From Selaginella moellendorffii (Eukaryota > Plantae > Lycopodiophyta): DNA of 64,000 bases. Where the stretch lies: NCBI RefSeq assembly GCF_000143415.4, contig NW_003314308.1:248001-312000 (forward strand), in the 5' to 3' direction. Every line of letters starts with the position of its first letter. Positions within the stretch are counted from its first letter, which is position 1. Of this stretch, positions 33,353 through 46,864 are shown piece after piece. Position numbers and translations under genes: made by a program. Below the pieces are notes generated by a model. The model searched no databases and had not been told where the DNA came from. It saw nothing but the letters and a program-made list of their open reading frames with translations.

Positions 33353-35231
33353 ATGGGTGTGGGAGCTTTGATTCTACTTGGTTTGCTCGCGTTTGTGTTG
33401 TGGTGCGGAATCCAGTGCATCCGGCAGATTGGAACTCCCGGGTTTAAGACTTGGCCCCTGTTCGGTGTCACTCTGGAGGTGGCCGCGAACTATCACCGGC
33501 TTTACGACTGGCTCTCGTGGAATTTCCAGGTCAAGGAGACGATGACAATGTCCGCCACCATGCCCGGACGAAGCTTCCTCTTCACGGTGGATCCAGCAAA
33601 CGTGGAGCACATCCTCAAGACCAACTTCGCCAATTATCCAAAGGTATAGAAGATCTTGTTTGAGATCGCTCTCTTCCGAGAAAACTCAGAAATGAGGAGA
33701 ATTTTCTTGATCTTCTTTTCTTTGTTCTTCACAGGGGGAGGATTTTCAAGAGATTTTCCAGCCCCTGCTCGGGAATGGGATCTTCAACTCAAATGGAGAG
33801 GCGTGGAGATTCCAACGCAAGACTGCCAGCTTCGAGTTTGCGTCGCGGGTGTTGAGGGATGTGAGCTGCAGGGTTTTCAAAGATCACGCGCTCAAACTCG
33901 CCAGGATTGTCCATGGTAGTCAGGAATCGGGAGGATCTTTGGAAATGCAGGCAAGGATCAAAAGCTCTTCTTTTTTTATTGAGATCTTCTAGAAAATTTA
34001 TCCAGGATTTATTCATGAGGATGACTCTGGACACAATTTGCTACCTCGGTTTCGGCCTCCATCTCGGCGTCCTCGCTCCAAATCTCCCCCGGAACGACTT
34101 TGCCACGGCCTTCGATGCCTGCAACGCCATCATCTCCTACCGCTGTGCAGACCCTTTCTGGAAACTCAAGAGGTTCCTCCGGATTGGACTGGAGCGTAAC
34201 CTCCAGCGCCATCTCCAAGTCGTGGATGATTTCACTCACAGCATCATACAGCAGAGGAGGCTCCAGCTCCAAGATCAGTACAAACACCACCAACATGTAA
34301 GAGATACTCCATTCCACTTCCAAGGATCGCCAGTCACGCTCGTATTTATTCGATTCCTTCGTCTTTCTTTGCAGAGCAAACAAGATTTACTGTCGAGATT
34401 CATGCTGCTAGACGAGAGCTTCTCCGATGATCATCTCCGCGACGTGATCCTCAACTTCGTCATCGCCGGGAGGGACACCACCGCCAGCACTCTCTCGTAT
34501 TTCACCTACATGATAGCCTCCCATCCGGATTGCGCCACCAAAATCTACCAGGAGCTCCACGAGTTTGAAGAACTCCAGCTCAGTGACAATTCCCATCGCC
34601 CAAGCAGCTTCGAGGACAAGATCCACGGATTTACCCAGCTGCTAACATACGAATCGCTGGCCAAGCTCGTCTATCTCCACGCCGCGCTCATGGAAACTCT
34701 CAGGCTCTTCCCTGCCGTACCTCTGGTGAATGAGAGAGAATCCCTTTGGATTCTCATTCGAAGCTTCTTGAACTAATGATTTTTCTTCCCAGAACTTCAA
34801 ACGAGCTGCCACGGATGATGTTCTTCCATCGGGTGCTGTGGTGAAAAGAGGATCCACGGTTTCATACGTGCCGTATTGCATGGCTCGTGTTGAATCAATC
34901 TGGGGCTCCGATGCATCGCAGTTTCGTCCCGAGAGATGGCGCAGAGATGGAGCCTGGGATTTCAGCGTCTCTCCATTCAAGTTCACGGCATTCCAGGTAC
35001 TCTATCGATCACGAGATTGAGGAGCGAGCGAGCAACATTTTCTTATTGCAGGCAGGGCCCCGCATTTGTTTGGGCAAAGACAGTGCCTTTTTGCAGATGA
35101 AGATCACAGCAGCACTCCTGTGCCGATTTTTCGAGTTTCAACTTGTTCCTGGGCAGATTCTGACGTACCGAGTCATGGCCACCATCTCCCTTGTGAATGG
35201 TGTCAAAGTCACCACCTCCAACTGCACCTGA
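33353..35231 (+). CDS. Cytochrome P450, CYP704B-like (CYP86 clan fatty-acid omega-hydroxylase), copy 1
   Basis: KTWPLFG, DPANVEHILKTNFANYPKG, LNFVIAGRDTT, ETLRLFPAVP, FRPERW, SPFKFTAFQAGPRICLGKDSA heme loop; 6 exons. Confidence 0.9.
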
Positions 35232-36164
35232 GAATAAGAGAATTGGAATTTTTGGGTCCTTATATAGAATAAGGAAAAAAACTGTCCATTTTCTCTGTCT
35301 CATAAGATCAATTGAAAGTTAGTACTTTCTTTGTTGTTAGTTCTTTTCCAGAACGGCTAGAAGGGTAGCTCAAAGTCTGGCAAGAATGCAATGGTCAGGT
35401 GGTTTCAAGTCAAGTAAAAGTCTACTACGTTTGCTATTTGTGAATATGTGATTGCACATGAGTGGATTTTTTATTTACACATGTGCAGATATATTATTTT
35501 GTTTTCAATTGCACACAAGATTATAATGTACATAATCACATTTTGATTGTAATTAAGATATGATTATAATATTTTTATGGGACATGTCAGACACCTATAA
35601 GAAATAAATCTATGCAATTTTCACATGATGTGTTCACAAAAGCAAGATGCTCACCTAGATTGAAACTAACATTTTCACAAGCTTTTTCTGGTCACTATGT
35701 CAAACTTGCAAGGAAAAAATGAGCTCTTATATTCCCCAACCTTAGAGTGAAAGATTAAAAATGTTGCAGCAAATATCATTATACTATATCCTTCTTACGG
35801 GTTGTAAATCAGAATCATTATACTATATCCTCCCTATGGGTTGTAAATCAGAGGTACTTAAGGACCATTGGTATGTGGTTAACAATCCATGAAGATTTGC
35901 ATCACATTATCATAACACTTTGTTTGAAAATGAATGAGATAAAAATCTAAAATATATCACATCCCAAAAAGACTGCTAACATCTAAGGATTCCACATAGC
36001 TTTTAGATAAAGTGTGTGTATGGGACAAGCACTCACCTTTATATTTGGAAGATGTACAATTTGGAGAACAATGACAACCTTGCAAAAAACCAAGAGCCTC
36101 TTATTGGGTCAGCATGACTCATTAGTATATCTTGAGCAATCCACAAAAAGTTTAGATGCTAGTA

Positions 36165-36450
36165 TATAACCCACAAGACAGCAAATATGATGTAGAATGG
36201 TGACACAAACATTGAGAGTATTGAGACACTACCAAGCTCGTGAAGAAGCTGGTAAAGAAGTACCATGCTTTCTTAGTTTAGGAGGCAGTGATCAAGCAAA
36301 TCCCTTGGCTGGTTGGCTTGGCCTTGAACAAGGCAGCAAGTTCCCCACTCTTCTGTTGCACCAAGAGAGTTTGAAAAGTAAATTGAAGGTCAATGTTCAA
36401 CTCAATGCTAACTTCTTCATCTTGCTACTCAAGAAGACCTGGCAGAACAT
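36165..36450 (+). pseudogene. 60S ribosomal protein L10a (uL1) pseudogene fragment
   Basis: KLVKKLVKKYHAFLV*EAVIKQIP, LNKA/KFPTLLLHQESLKSK and NVQLNANFFILLLKKTWQN resemble plant RPL10a; stop, frameshift and internal deletion. Confidence 0.75.
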
Positions 36451-36935
36451 AAAGGTAGCATTCTCTCAAGGTATGCAATGCAGTCCATCTCCTCAAGTTT
36501 GTTAATTTTTAAACGGCAATGATGTTGAGTGACCATTCTTTCCAAAAAAAACTCTCAAACGTGTGCAGAAAGTGTTGTTAATTCAACTTGTGTGCAAAAA
36601 TGTTGTTAAATCAAAGATTAAACCCTGTTGATGTAAATTGAGCTAATATGGATTCACACAACACTCAGAAAATGCATATGTGGCACTAACATGGATTTTG
36701 CATAAGCTAGCAATTGAAGAATTTATATATGATATACATGCCTATGATTTGAAAAAAAAAAAGTTGCCCACTCCCCTTCTTGGGAGGTGCATAAAACTGC
36801 CATGGATGCTTATTTAAATGAACATATATTATATTAGAAAAAAATCTTCACCTTATTTACTAAAAATAATTACCTAGAGCTTAACAATTCTAACTTAACC
36901 AACATCTTTTCACAGATGACTTTATTCTTCTAATT

Positions 36936-38750
36936 TTAAGTGCGATTCGAGGTGGTGACTTTGACACCATTGGCGAAGGAGATGGTAGCCATGACTCGGT
37001 ACGTAAGAATCTGCCTGGGAACAAGTTGAAACTCAAAAAATCTGCACAAGAGGGCTGCAGTGATCTTCATCTGCAAGAAGGCGCTATCCTTGCCCAGACA
37101 AATGCGGGGCCCTGCCTGCAAAAGAAAATAGTGCTCACTTGCTCCTCAATCTGTTTGACCAAATCTATTACCTGGAATGCCGTGAACTTGAATGGAGAGA
37201 TGCTGAAATCCCAGGCTCCATCTCTGTGCCATCTCTCGGGACGAAACTGTGATGCATCCGAACCCCAGATTGATTCAATATGGGCCATGCAATACGGCGC
37301 GTATGAAAGTGTGGATCCTCTTTTCACCATAGCACCAGATGGAAGAACATCATCCGCGACGACTCCTTTGAAATTCTGGAAATAGAGAAAAGATCCAAGA
37401 GATCAGCCCAAGAAGCTTGGATTCTTTCTTTCATCACCAGAGGCACGGCAGGGAAGAGCCTGAGAGTTTCCATGAGCGCGGCGTGGAGATAGACGAGCTT
37501 GGCCAGCGATTCGTATGTTAGCAGCTGGGTAAATCCGTGGATCTTGTCCTCGAAACTGCTTGGGCGATGGGAATTGTCGCTGAGCTGGAGTTCTTCAAAC
37601 TCGTGGAGCTCCTGGTAGATTTTGGTGGCGCAATCCGGATGGGAGGCTATCATGTAGGTGAAATACGAGAGAGTGCTGGCGGTGGTGTCCCTCCCGGCGA
37701 TGACGAAGTTGAGGATCACGTCGCGGAGATGATCATCGGAGAAGCTCTCGTCTAGCAGCATGAATCTCGACAGTAAATCTTGTTTGCTCTGCAAAGAAAG
37801 ACGAAGGAATCGAATAAATGCGATCAAGTGAAATGGAGTTTCTTTGTACTTGTTGGTGGTCTTTGGGCTGATCTTGGAGCTGGAGCCTCCTCTGGCATAT
37901 GATGCTGTGCGTGAAATCATCCACGACTTGGAGATGGCGCTGGAGGCTGCGCTCCTGTCCAATCCGGAGGAACCTCTTGAATTTCCAGAACGGGTCGGCA
38001 AAGCGGTAGGAGATGATGGCGTTGCAGGCATCGAAGGCCGTGGCAAAGTCGTTCCGGGGGAGATTTGGAGCGAGGACGCCGAGATGGAGGCCGAAACCGA
38101 GGAAGCAAATCGTGTCGAGAGTCATCCTCATGAACAAATCCTGGAGATAAAATTGCTATGATCGAGAAGATCTCATTGAAAAAACGATAAGATCCTTGCC
38201 TGCATTTCCAAAGGTTCTTGACTGCCATGGACAATCCTGGCGAGCTTGAGCGCGTGATCTTTGAAAACCCTGCAGCTCACGTCCCTCAGCACCCGCGATG
38301 AAAACTCGAAGCTGGCAGTCTTGCGTTGGATCCTCCATGGCTCTCCATCCGAGTTGAAGATCCCATTCCCAAGCAGGGGCTCGAAAATCTCATGAAACTC
38401 CTCCCCCTGTGATTCACAAGGAGCCAGCTCTCCTCTTTTCTCGGACGAGAAGATCTTACCTTTGGATAATTGGCGAAGTTGGTCTTGAGGATGTGCTCCA
38501 CGTTTGCCGGATCCACCGTGAACACGTAGCATCGTCCGGGCATGGTGGCGGACATTGTCATCGTCTCCTTGACCCGGAAATTCCACGAGAGCCAGTCGTA
38601 AATCCGGTGATAGTTCGCGGCCACCTCCAGAGTGACACCAATCAGGGGCCAAGTCTTAAACCCGGGGGTTCCAATCTGCCGGATCCGGTGGATAGCGCAC
38701 CACGACGCAAACGCGAGCAAACCAAGTAGAATCAAAGCTCCCACACCCAT
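36936..38750 (-). CDS. Cytochrome P450, CYP704B-like, copy 2 (inverted duplicate)
   Basis: Same exon series and motifs as copy 1 on the minus strand, MGVGALILLG to GPRICLGKDSAF...KVTTSNRT*. Confidence 0.9.
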
Positions 38751-38885
38751 CCCAATTGATCAAAAAAAGAATAGGACTCTGTCAAAGCTCTTAGAGCTTA
38801 GTCTCTATCTTCTCTGTTTCCAAATGGTTCCAAGTCTCTCTCCACAAGTCCCCTTCTCTCCAAATCTCTCTCTTTCCAACTTGTT

Positions 38886-38890
<5 letters not shown>

Positions 38891-38932
<42 letters not shown>
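38891..38932. repeat. (TC)n microsatellite upstream of CYP copy 2
   Basis: About 21 perfect TC units. Confidence 0.95.
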
Positions 38933-38936
<4 letters not shown>

Positions 38937-39407
38937 CTTCACGAGCGTGGGCCTTGTGATTCCTAGTGCTCATCGCATCCTCTTACGCAAGCCCCACGTA
39001 TATGTGCTCAGAGCTGGCCAAGAACGCGACGAAAGAGGGTGTTAGAAAGAAATGACCACGTCCAAATTATCACCTTCTGCTCTTTACATGGTTTTATTTC
39101 TCAGCTACAAAATCTTACTCGAACGAACCACCAACAAAACAAACTCACGCTCTCCTTCTTCTTCTTCTTCTTCTTCCTTTTTTCTTGCACCTGAATGGAT
39201 GGATGGATGGATTCATTATATACACTGCTTGCTTGCCTCTTGCCCCCAGCGACTTTACACCATATGGCTATCAGTGGCTCCAAAATCTCTATACTTCCAT
39301 CACCCCGAGAACGCCAAACCCCACGTAAGTAGAAAAAGCACGAAAATTCCACTGCTTGCCTCGACCATGAACGATGATGACGATGCTGCTGCGATGGATG
39401 ATCGTCG

Positions 39408-39446
39408 CTAGGAACTTTGCTGCTTCTGCTGCCCCTGTACGTATCC

Positions 39447-39477
<31 letters not shown>

Positions 39478-42400
39478 TGCTGTTGTTGGGTCGGACTTAT
39501 CTGTCCAGCAGTCGGCCTTGCCAGCGACATCATCATCGACCGCAGCTCTCCGACGATGGCTGGAAACGTTGGCCTCACTGCTGGATCGTCCGCCCAGCAG
39601 CGCTCCATCAGGGACTGCCACTCCGGGTCGCAGCTGCTGGGAACCTGGGGGCGCAGCTGATTGCTCACGATACCGCCTGGAGAAAGAAAAGCGACGAAAA
39701 CGTTCGTTGTTGGCGAGCTACACTTGGAAAGAAGAATCTAGAGTAGTTTACCGATGATTGCACCGTAGTGAAGGTCCGCGTATGGCTCCTCGCCAGTCAG
39801 GAGCTCCCACATCACAATGCCAAACGAGAAAACGTCCACCTACACGCGGCAGAGAGCATTTTGCATCAGGCCAAGCTCAAGTTGGACAAACGTTTACAAC
39901 CTTTTCCGACACCGAGATGCTTCTTCCATTAAGTAACTCCGGGGCCATCCATGGCAGTGTCCCTCTCACTCCGCCGGTAACCATCGTCTTGTGTTTTATC
40001 TTGGACAATCCCAAATCTCCCACCTGCGCAACACATTTACGAAGCATAAATCACTATTTGAGTCGTGACTGTAACCACGATACCTTACAAACAGGCTTCT
40101 GTGAATCCCGCATGTTAACAAGCAGATTCTCTCCTTTGAGGTCGAAATGTATAATCTTCTTGTCGTGGAGATACTCCATACCAAACGCAGCATCCATGGC
40201 TACCAAGAGTCTTCGACGCCGATCCAAGATTCTATAGTACATTCACCCCAGTCAGCTCACAAACCAGCAAAAGCACAAGAAAAGATCGCTCACCGCTCTT
40301 TTTTGTGCAGGACCTGCTTCAGCGATCCATTAACCATGAATTCCGTGACAGTAGCCAGTGTACCACCTGGACTGTCTGGTACCACTCCATAAAAGGCAAC
40401 AACATTTGGATGGTGCAGGTGAGCTAATATACACGCTTCACTCCAGAAATCGTCCTTCTGGAAAACAAATTAAAAACGTGGCAATATACCGAAATGATTG
40501 GACTAAGTACCAGCCGATCCTGTTCCGATGGAGGTCCAAAGAAACAACTAGCTTTGATTCTCTTGATGGCAACATCTGTTCCGCGCCATTTGCCATGGTA
40601 GACGGTACCGAATGTACCTGATCCCAATTCTCGTATTTCCTCCAGATCTGAATGCTTAATTACCTGCAAACGTGTTGGAAAAAAGCACGAGGATTGTACA
40701 AAACAACTACTAACCTGTAAACCACGAGCACGGGCGGTAGCTTCCGACTCTGCGGCAGAAATGGGACGCTCTTCAAGTTCCAGGTCCGCCAAATCGATCA
40801 GTGCCGCTTCTATCCTGGAGGTAGTAACATCCGTAACCTCCGTGACTGTGATTTGAAGGTCACTGGTGTCAAGTGATCTGTCGCACCTGTTACCCTCGGG
40901 TTCAGCTACCGCTTTCCTGTTACTGCTTGTCTCTGACACCGAAAGATCGGCCATTTCTTTCATAATGTGCACTTCAGCGGCAGAAGGCTGACAGGGCGTG
41001 TGGCCCGTATCCCCATCGGTGAGACATATCAGAAGACCTTCATTGGAGTTGCCGTGCAATGGCCTGGAGACGGGTGACGTATCAGAGTAAACTTGTGCAC
41101 AAGCCTCTAAAGCGTGTGACGACGTCGAGGCCGAGCTAGCAGCGATGGACCCTCCAGACATTGTTGAGGTGCAAGAAGTCTTGCAGAATACTTCGTCGCT
41201 CGTGAGCAAGTCCATAAACATGTTGCTGGAGGAGTTCCCGGAATGCACCATCTGCGTGGTAGTGCTGCTGTCACTGCCACTACCACGACCGCTCTCAACC
41301 ACAAGAGGTCGCTCGGTCCTTACGGCATGGAGGCTGTCCTCGAGAAAATTTACTAGTGCATCCGGCAGCTGAGGCTCCAGCGCCTTACCCGTAAGTTCGG
41401 GCTCAGATCTTGGAGCTATCAACGTCGTCAAAGACGGAAGAGGTGTGGACCACCCTGGGAGAGTAGATGTTCCAGCTCCCGTGCTAACTCCCTGAGTATC
41501 CCTGTCCTTCCACTCGGAACTTGACGCTTGAACCATATGATCGGCTAGTTGCCAGCTAACCCCCCCCTGATGCAGCATACTCTCCTTCATGTTCACCTTA
41601 GAAGCAGGAGGCGTCTCTTGTAAGTCTTTTGGACTTGACCTCTCCTGATAGTCATAGGATGGCTCCGTAGATACTTGCTCAGGCAGTTGCGGAGGGTTTG
41701 AATATAGCTCATTGTAAGCCGTAACCTGAGGAAGCACAGGGGAAATTCCCAGTGCATCAGATCCTACCGCTGTCGACCATACTTGCTGCTTTTGCTGAAA
41801 GAGGCTGTCACCTGCATAAGTATAATTGTGCTCAGTAAAAGCAGCCTTCTGAGGTTGCGGCTCCACGTATCCCTGAAACTGAGGAACCAATACTGTTTTT
41901 CTCTGCACATCTTGTAGCGTCGCCTGCGAAACCTGAAGCGGTTGTATCACGGACTGCTGAACTTGCGGAGTCGCCTGAGATACTTGAACGTGTTGCATGA
42001 CTAGATGGTGACGTGCGGCATTCTCGGAATCGCTTGAAACACTCGGCTCGGTTATAATGTACTGACCATGTCCCAACAGATTCCTGTCTACCGGCTCCGA
42101 ATGCCCGTTGACATATCCATAGTGAAATCCAGAAGCCGGCATCATCGAAGGAAGGATGGTGCCATTGGCTAAAGCTGGAACCGACGTATACTGAGCCATG
42201 ACGGGGACGCCCTGAGAAACCTGAGGTACTCGTACCGCAGCTGGAGAAACCTCCTGAATGCCTTGCGGGCTCGTGCTTTGTGCTGAAGCGTCTGAACTCT
42301 TTCTCGAAGCCCCTTCCATAAGACCATTAACAGCGTCCAGATACTGCTGCTCCGTGTTCTTCAAATCACCAGAACTGTCCCCGATCACATCGTAATCCAG

Positions 42401-43160
42401 TGACGTGAAAAGAAACACCCTCAGCCTTGCATGCCCGTCCCCAGCTTCTAGCTTGTCAAACTCCTCCATCATATTCTCGAGGTCCTCCTCCGAGGAAACG
42501 GAGACCAGAGCGTCCAGATCCTCGTCGGGAAGCTGGTACTTGATAGCAACAGTCTGTGGCTGAATCTCGACCATCTTGAGCATCAAATTCAGATAGCTCG
42601 TGTCGCGGGTCACTGCGATCATTCTCGTATCTCCACCGGCATATCTCAATCTCCCATCGCTGGGCCTGGGAAGAATTTTACCGCCATAACTGCACAGGAG
42701 CTTCACTCTCGTTGGCATCTCTTCCGATAAGTTTGACACATGGTCTGCCAAGAACAAAAAACAACAAAGAATTTTAAAAAATGAAAAATCATAGAAGGAA
42801 GAGCAATTGACCAAAACAACAAAACGTACCATCGTCTCGGCTGGTGTGGGCTGATGATATCGTCACGCCTTCCTGCGGCTTGGAAGCTCTCATGAAAACA
42901 AATCCTTCTTGGGGAACGTTCGCGGTTGCTTGCAAGTAGGGCCTCACCGACGGAGCTCCTGGATCCAGCGGCGACATGAAATGGCTCATAGCTTCCGTGG
43001 GGTTAGCCCCAGTCGATTGGATGTAGAAACTCATCGGGTCGGCCACCGACACGAAAGAGGCTTGATGGAGAGCTCCTGAAACCTCCACAGGAACTGACGG
43101 CGCGTAACCCTCGACCCCTTGATTCGCGAAGGGCCAGGCCGCCATGACTCTCTGATCCAT
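39408..43160 (-). CDS. Raf-like MAPKKK, subgroup B4 (PB1 domain + kinase), spliced
   Basis: [30 protein letters not shown]1; [36 protein letters not shown]; [12 protein letters not shown]; HFDLK; polyQ C-terminus; start position approximate. Confidence 0.92.
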
Positions 43161-43512
43161 CACTTGAGCTTCCACAACCGGCCAAGAACCAAAATATTAT
43201 AGCTCACCAGAAATTCCGAGGCGACATTTCCAAATCTCGGGAGGATGAGCGCCTAAATCTTGCCGCGACGCCGACCCGACGCTCGCTATCGATCGATCCA
43301 CCGCTCGCTGGAAGATCCCGATGCGCCACCGCCTAGGGAGCGCAATCCTGGCGCCGGCATCTCCTGCGCCTCGCACAACGATGCATCAATCCCAGAGCCT
43401 TCTTAGGGTTTGCTCCCCCTTCTCATTCTGACGCTTTACCGCATAGAATAACCTTTTCCCCCGGGTAATAAATGGCCTATAGGGTTCTTGCAAGATCAAG
43501 ATTTCCTCCAAA

Positions 43513-44190
43513 ATGGCGATCCGATTCGTCCTTCTGGTGAACAAGCAGGGCCAGACGCGATTGGCGCAGTACTACGAGCAGCTCACGATCGACGAGCGCC
43601 GGGCGCTGGAAGGCGAGATCGTCCGCAAGTGCTTGGCGCGCACGGAGAATCAGGTATGAGATCTTGCGCCCTGCGAGATGGATCCACACAGCGCTTGTGA
43701 TTTCCTCCAGCGCAGTGTTCGTTTGTAGAGCATCGGAATTACAAGGTCGTGTATCGGCGCTACGCCTCCCTCTTCTTCCTCATTGGAGTGGACAGCGAAG
43801 AGGTAAAAAGAAAGTCTCTCTTGTTTGTGATATTTTCTTCTTGTCTGGCTCGATTTTCTTCTTGTCTAGCTCGATCTCACCCCCATTTCTTGTTTTTCTT
43901 TGTAGAACGAGCTAGCGATTCTGGAGTTTATCCATTGCGTGGTGGAGACGATGGATCGCTACTTCGGCAATGTGGTAAGCACGAATTCCATTTTACTCAC
44001 TTTTGGACAGTCTTACCGATTTATCGATCGATGGAATTCGATCGACTCTTGGCAGTGCGAGCTCGATATCATGTACCACTTGGAGAAAGCCCACTTCATC
44101 CTTGAAGAAATGGTGATGAATGGCTGCATTGTAGAGACCAACAAGAGCAATATCCTGGGGCCTATACAGCTCATGGACAAATCCTTCTAG
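43513..44190 (+). CDS. AP4S: AP-4 adaptor complex sigma subunit
   Basis: [70 protein letters not shown]; 4 exons. Confidence 0.9.
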
Positions 44191-44503
44191 TAAAAAGTAC
44201 GCGGTGCTTTTTCTTGTCTTTTACCCCGAGGTAGATTTCACGCTGCCACGAATTGGAAATCTCGACGTGCTTGGTCGTTTTTGCCAGCGCCTGCTAAATA
44301 AGTATGGGGATAAAGAGGGGATTTTGTTTAAAGCATGTTTAGGTCTTAGACGCACGCGTGGCCGTTGGATCCCGTTCACATCCAACGGCGGTCTGCTGGG
44401 GACGAAGGGCTGAGCTATGGAGGATATGGGGTTTTCGCGCAGCGCCTAGCGCGGGGAGCGCGACCAGCGCGACGAGCTCTTGCGGTGCGAAATTCTGGCA
44501 GGG

Positions 44504-46640
44504 ATGGATTCCGAGGGCATGAATCCGGGGAGCTTCGACGAGAACGACGACGCCGGCAATGGTCCCGAGGAGGAGCAGCAGTACATGGCGCCGTGGGGGG
44601 AGGAGCCCGGGGAGGAGGCGGCGGCGGCGTCGCCGACGCACAGCGGATTCCAGGCTGAGGAGGTGAGCTACGAAGGCAAGGAGCAAGAGCATGAGCAAGA
44701 GCCCGGCGTAAGCCAGGAAGCGAATGGCGTGGAGAATGAGTATAGCGGCGGCGATGGCGCTGGGAACGAGCTCGCGGCGACGCAGTACACGGAGTCTTCG
44801 GCGCTGGACAAGGATGGGAACCTGGAGGATGGGTTTGCGGAGACCTCCGAGGACGATGGCGATGGCACTGTGGAGGAGCAATTGGCATTCGTCAAGGAGC
44901 TGGAGAAGTTCTTCCGGGAGAGGAGCATGGAGTTTAAAGCTCCCAAGTTCTATGGAGAGGAGCTCAATTGCCTCAAGTAAGCTTGTAGTTCCATAGCTTG
45001 TTCTAAAACTTTTTTTTTTTTTCTCTGGATGTTTTTCTCTTTGCTGCCAGGTTGTGGAAGGCTGTGATGAAACTGGGAGGATACGAACAGGTTAGTCTCT
45101 ATATCCCGATTATATTTGTTTTGGACAATGGAAAGTCGATAGATGTTTTGATCGTATTTGTGTTTACCAGGTGACCTCTGGAAAGCTTTGGCGTCAAGTC
45201 GGCGATTCCTTCAAACCCCCCAAGTAAGTTGCTTTGCTTTAAGAGCTCATGCCTTTAGCATTGATTCGTGTGTCTTCTTGCTCCTTTAGAACGTGCACAA
45301 CCATTTCGTGGTCCTTCCGTGGCTTCTATGAAAAGGTTCACGTATTCTTATGTCTCGTGCATTTCTAAAAGGCGATACTTTTTCTTTTCTTCCTTGCTTT
45401 CTCAGGCACTTCTCGAGTATGAGAAGTTCACGACGGGAGTTTCGGTCTACCATGATCAACCGGGCGATCCTTCGAGGTCCGAGGACGGTTTGTCTTCGGC
45501 CCCTATACAGGTGAGACTTAACTTATCGGTTGGAGTTATGGATCCTGACGAAGGTCCTCGTTTGTTCTCGTTTGTTTTCTAATGTAGCCTCCTGGAAGGG
45601 CGAGGCGAGATGCAGCGGCAAGAGCTATGCAGGGATGGCATTCTCAACGTGGGAATGGAGACTTAGTAGAACTGCCCTCGAAGGTATGTTCACGTAAGCT
45701 TTCGCTAAGCTAGCATTTGTCTCAGAGCTTTTACTTCAGGACAAGAGCTCGGCTAGACGTGATAAACGAGGTCAGCCAACATACTTTCCTGTTTTTTTCC
45801 TTTGACTAACAGCCTGGTTTTGTTTTTGTCTCGATAATAGGCTTCTTGAAACGGAAAGATGGTTCTGGCAAAGGGAAGAAGGAGAACAGCTATGACGACT
45901 CTCATCTTTCCGCAAAGAAGAAGCTCGCAAAGCACGAGCCCTTGAAAGGCAAGGCAGTACACAGCGGCCTCGATCTGGACGTGATTGACGAAGGTCCACA
46001 AGCCGACTGGGTGAAGATCAATGTCCATCAAACGGTGAGTTCTTCCTTCCTTCGTAGCTGTTCTTCCTGGTCGATATGGCATACAGTCCGTTGAAAACCC
46101 TTCGGGGTTTTGAGTTGTAGAACTGCATTTAGAGTGGTAGGATTAGTGACGACATGCTCAGGCAGGAGCACTGCTCGTGTGGCAGATGGTAAATTGAAGT
46201 TGGCGCAAGTGACCCACTGATCGGAACTTCTGGTTGGGCTTGTGAGCAGCGCGAATGCTTTGAGGTGTATGCTCTTGTTCCAGGACTATTGCGAGAGGAG
46301 GTGTGTTCTTCTTTTCCTTGGGTTTGATCTTGTTCTTGATGATCGTTTCGTTTGCTTTGTCAGGTAAGGATACAATGCGAGGCCGGAGGAAGGCTTGTCA
46401 TTGCTGGAGAACCCGAACAACCTGACAATCCTTGGGGAGTTACTGCCTTTAGAAAGGTTTGGGTTTTCTTCTTTCAGCTACCGTTCTCTCCGGGAAGTTT
46501 TTTCTCATCGATTTGTGCAGGTGATCAATCTGCCGCTAAAGATCGATGCTCATCAAACATCGGCCGTTGTTACGCTCCACGGGCAGCTGTTCATCAGAGT
46601 TCCATTCGCTCAATCTTCGTCGGAGCAGCAGCAGTCATGA
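44504..46640 (+). CDS. ARID domain + HSP20-like (alpha-crystallin) domain protein
   Basis: Acidic N-terminus, FVKELEKFFRERSMEFKAPKFYGEELNCLK, LWRQVGDSF, GRARRDAAARAMQGWH, ADWVKINVH, TSAVVTLHGQLFIRVPF. Confidence 0.9.
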
Positions 46641-46855
46641 CGAAAGTTCTAGCGGAGAAAAAAAAGAATCAGAAACGAAAGAAAAGAAGAATGATAAAGC
46701 GCGAAAGATTTGGAGCTGCTGTGTGATTCATTCGTGGGGAAGAAGGCGAAGGGATGTAAATTCTTTTTAATGGAGAAACAACAAAGAGAAAGTATTGCTA
46801 TGGGTCTACCGTACGATGGGCCATGGTGTGTACGGAAGCCATAGAGGTCATTTTG

Positions 46856-46864
46856 TGACCGTTG
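46856..46864 (-). promoter_or_regulatory. MSA-like (mitosis-specific activator, MYB3R) element upstream of Aurora
   Basis: CAACGGTCA on the minus strand ~160 bp before the Aurora ATG; nearby site II TGGGCC (~46817) and telo-box TAGGGTTT (~46960). Confidence 0.45.

Noticed and set aside
35776-35851. Two ~38-bp direct repeats
   Set aside because: Simple tandem duplication without spacers; not CRISPR-like in a plant nuclear context
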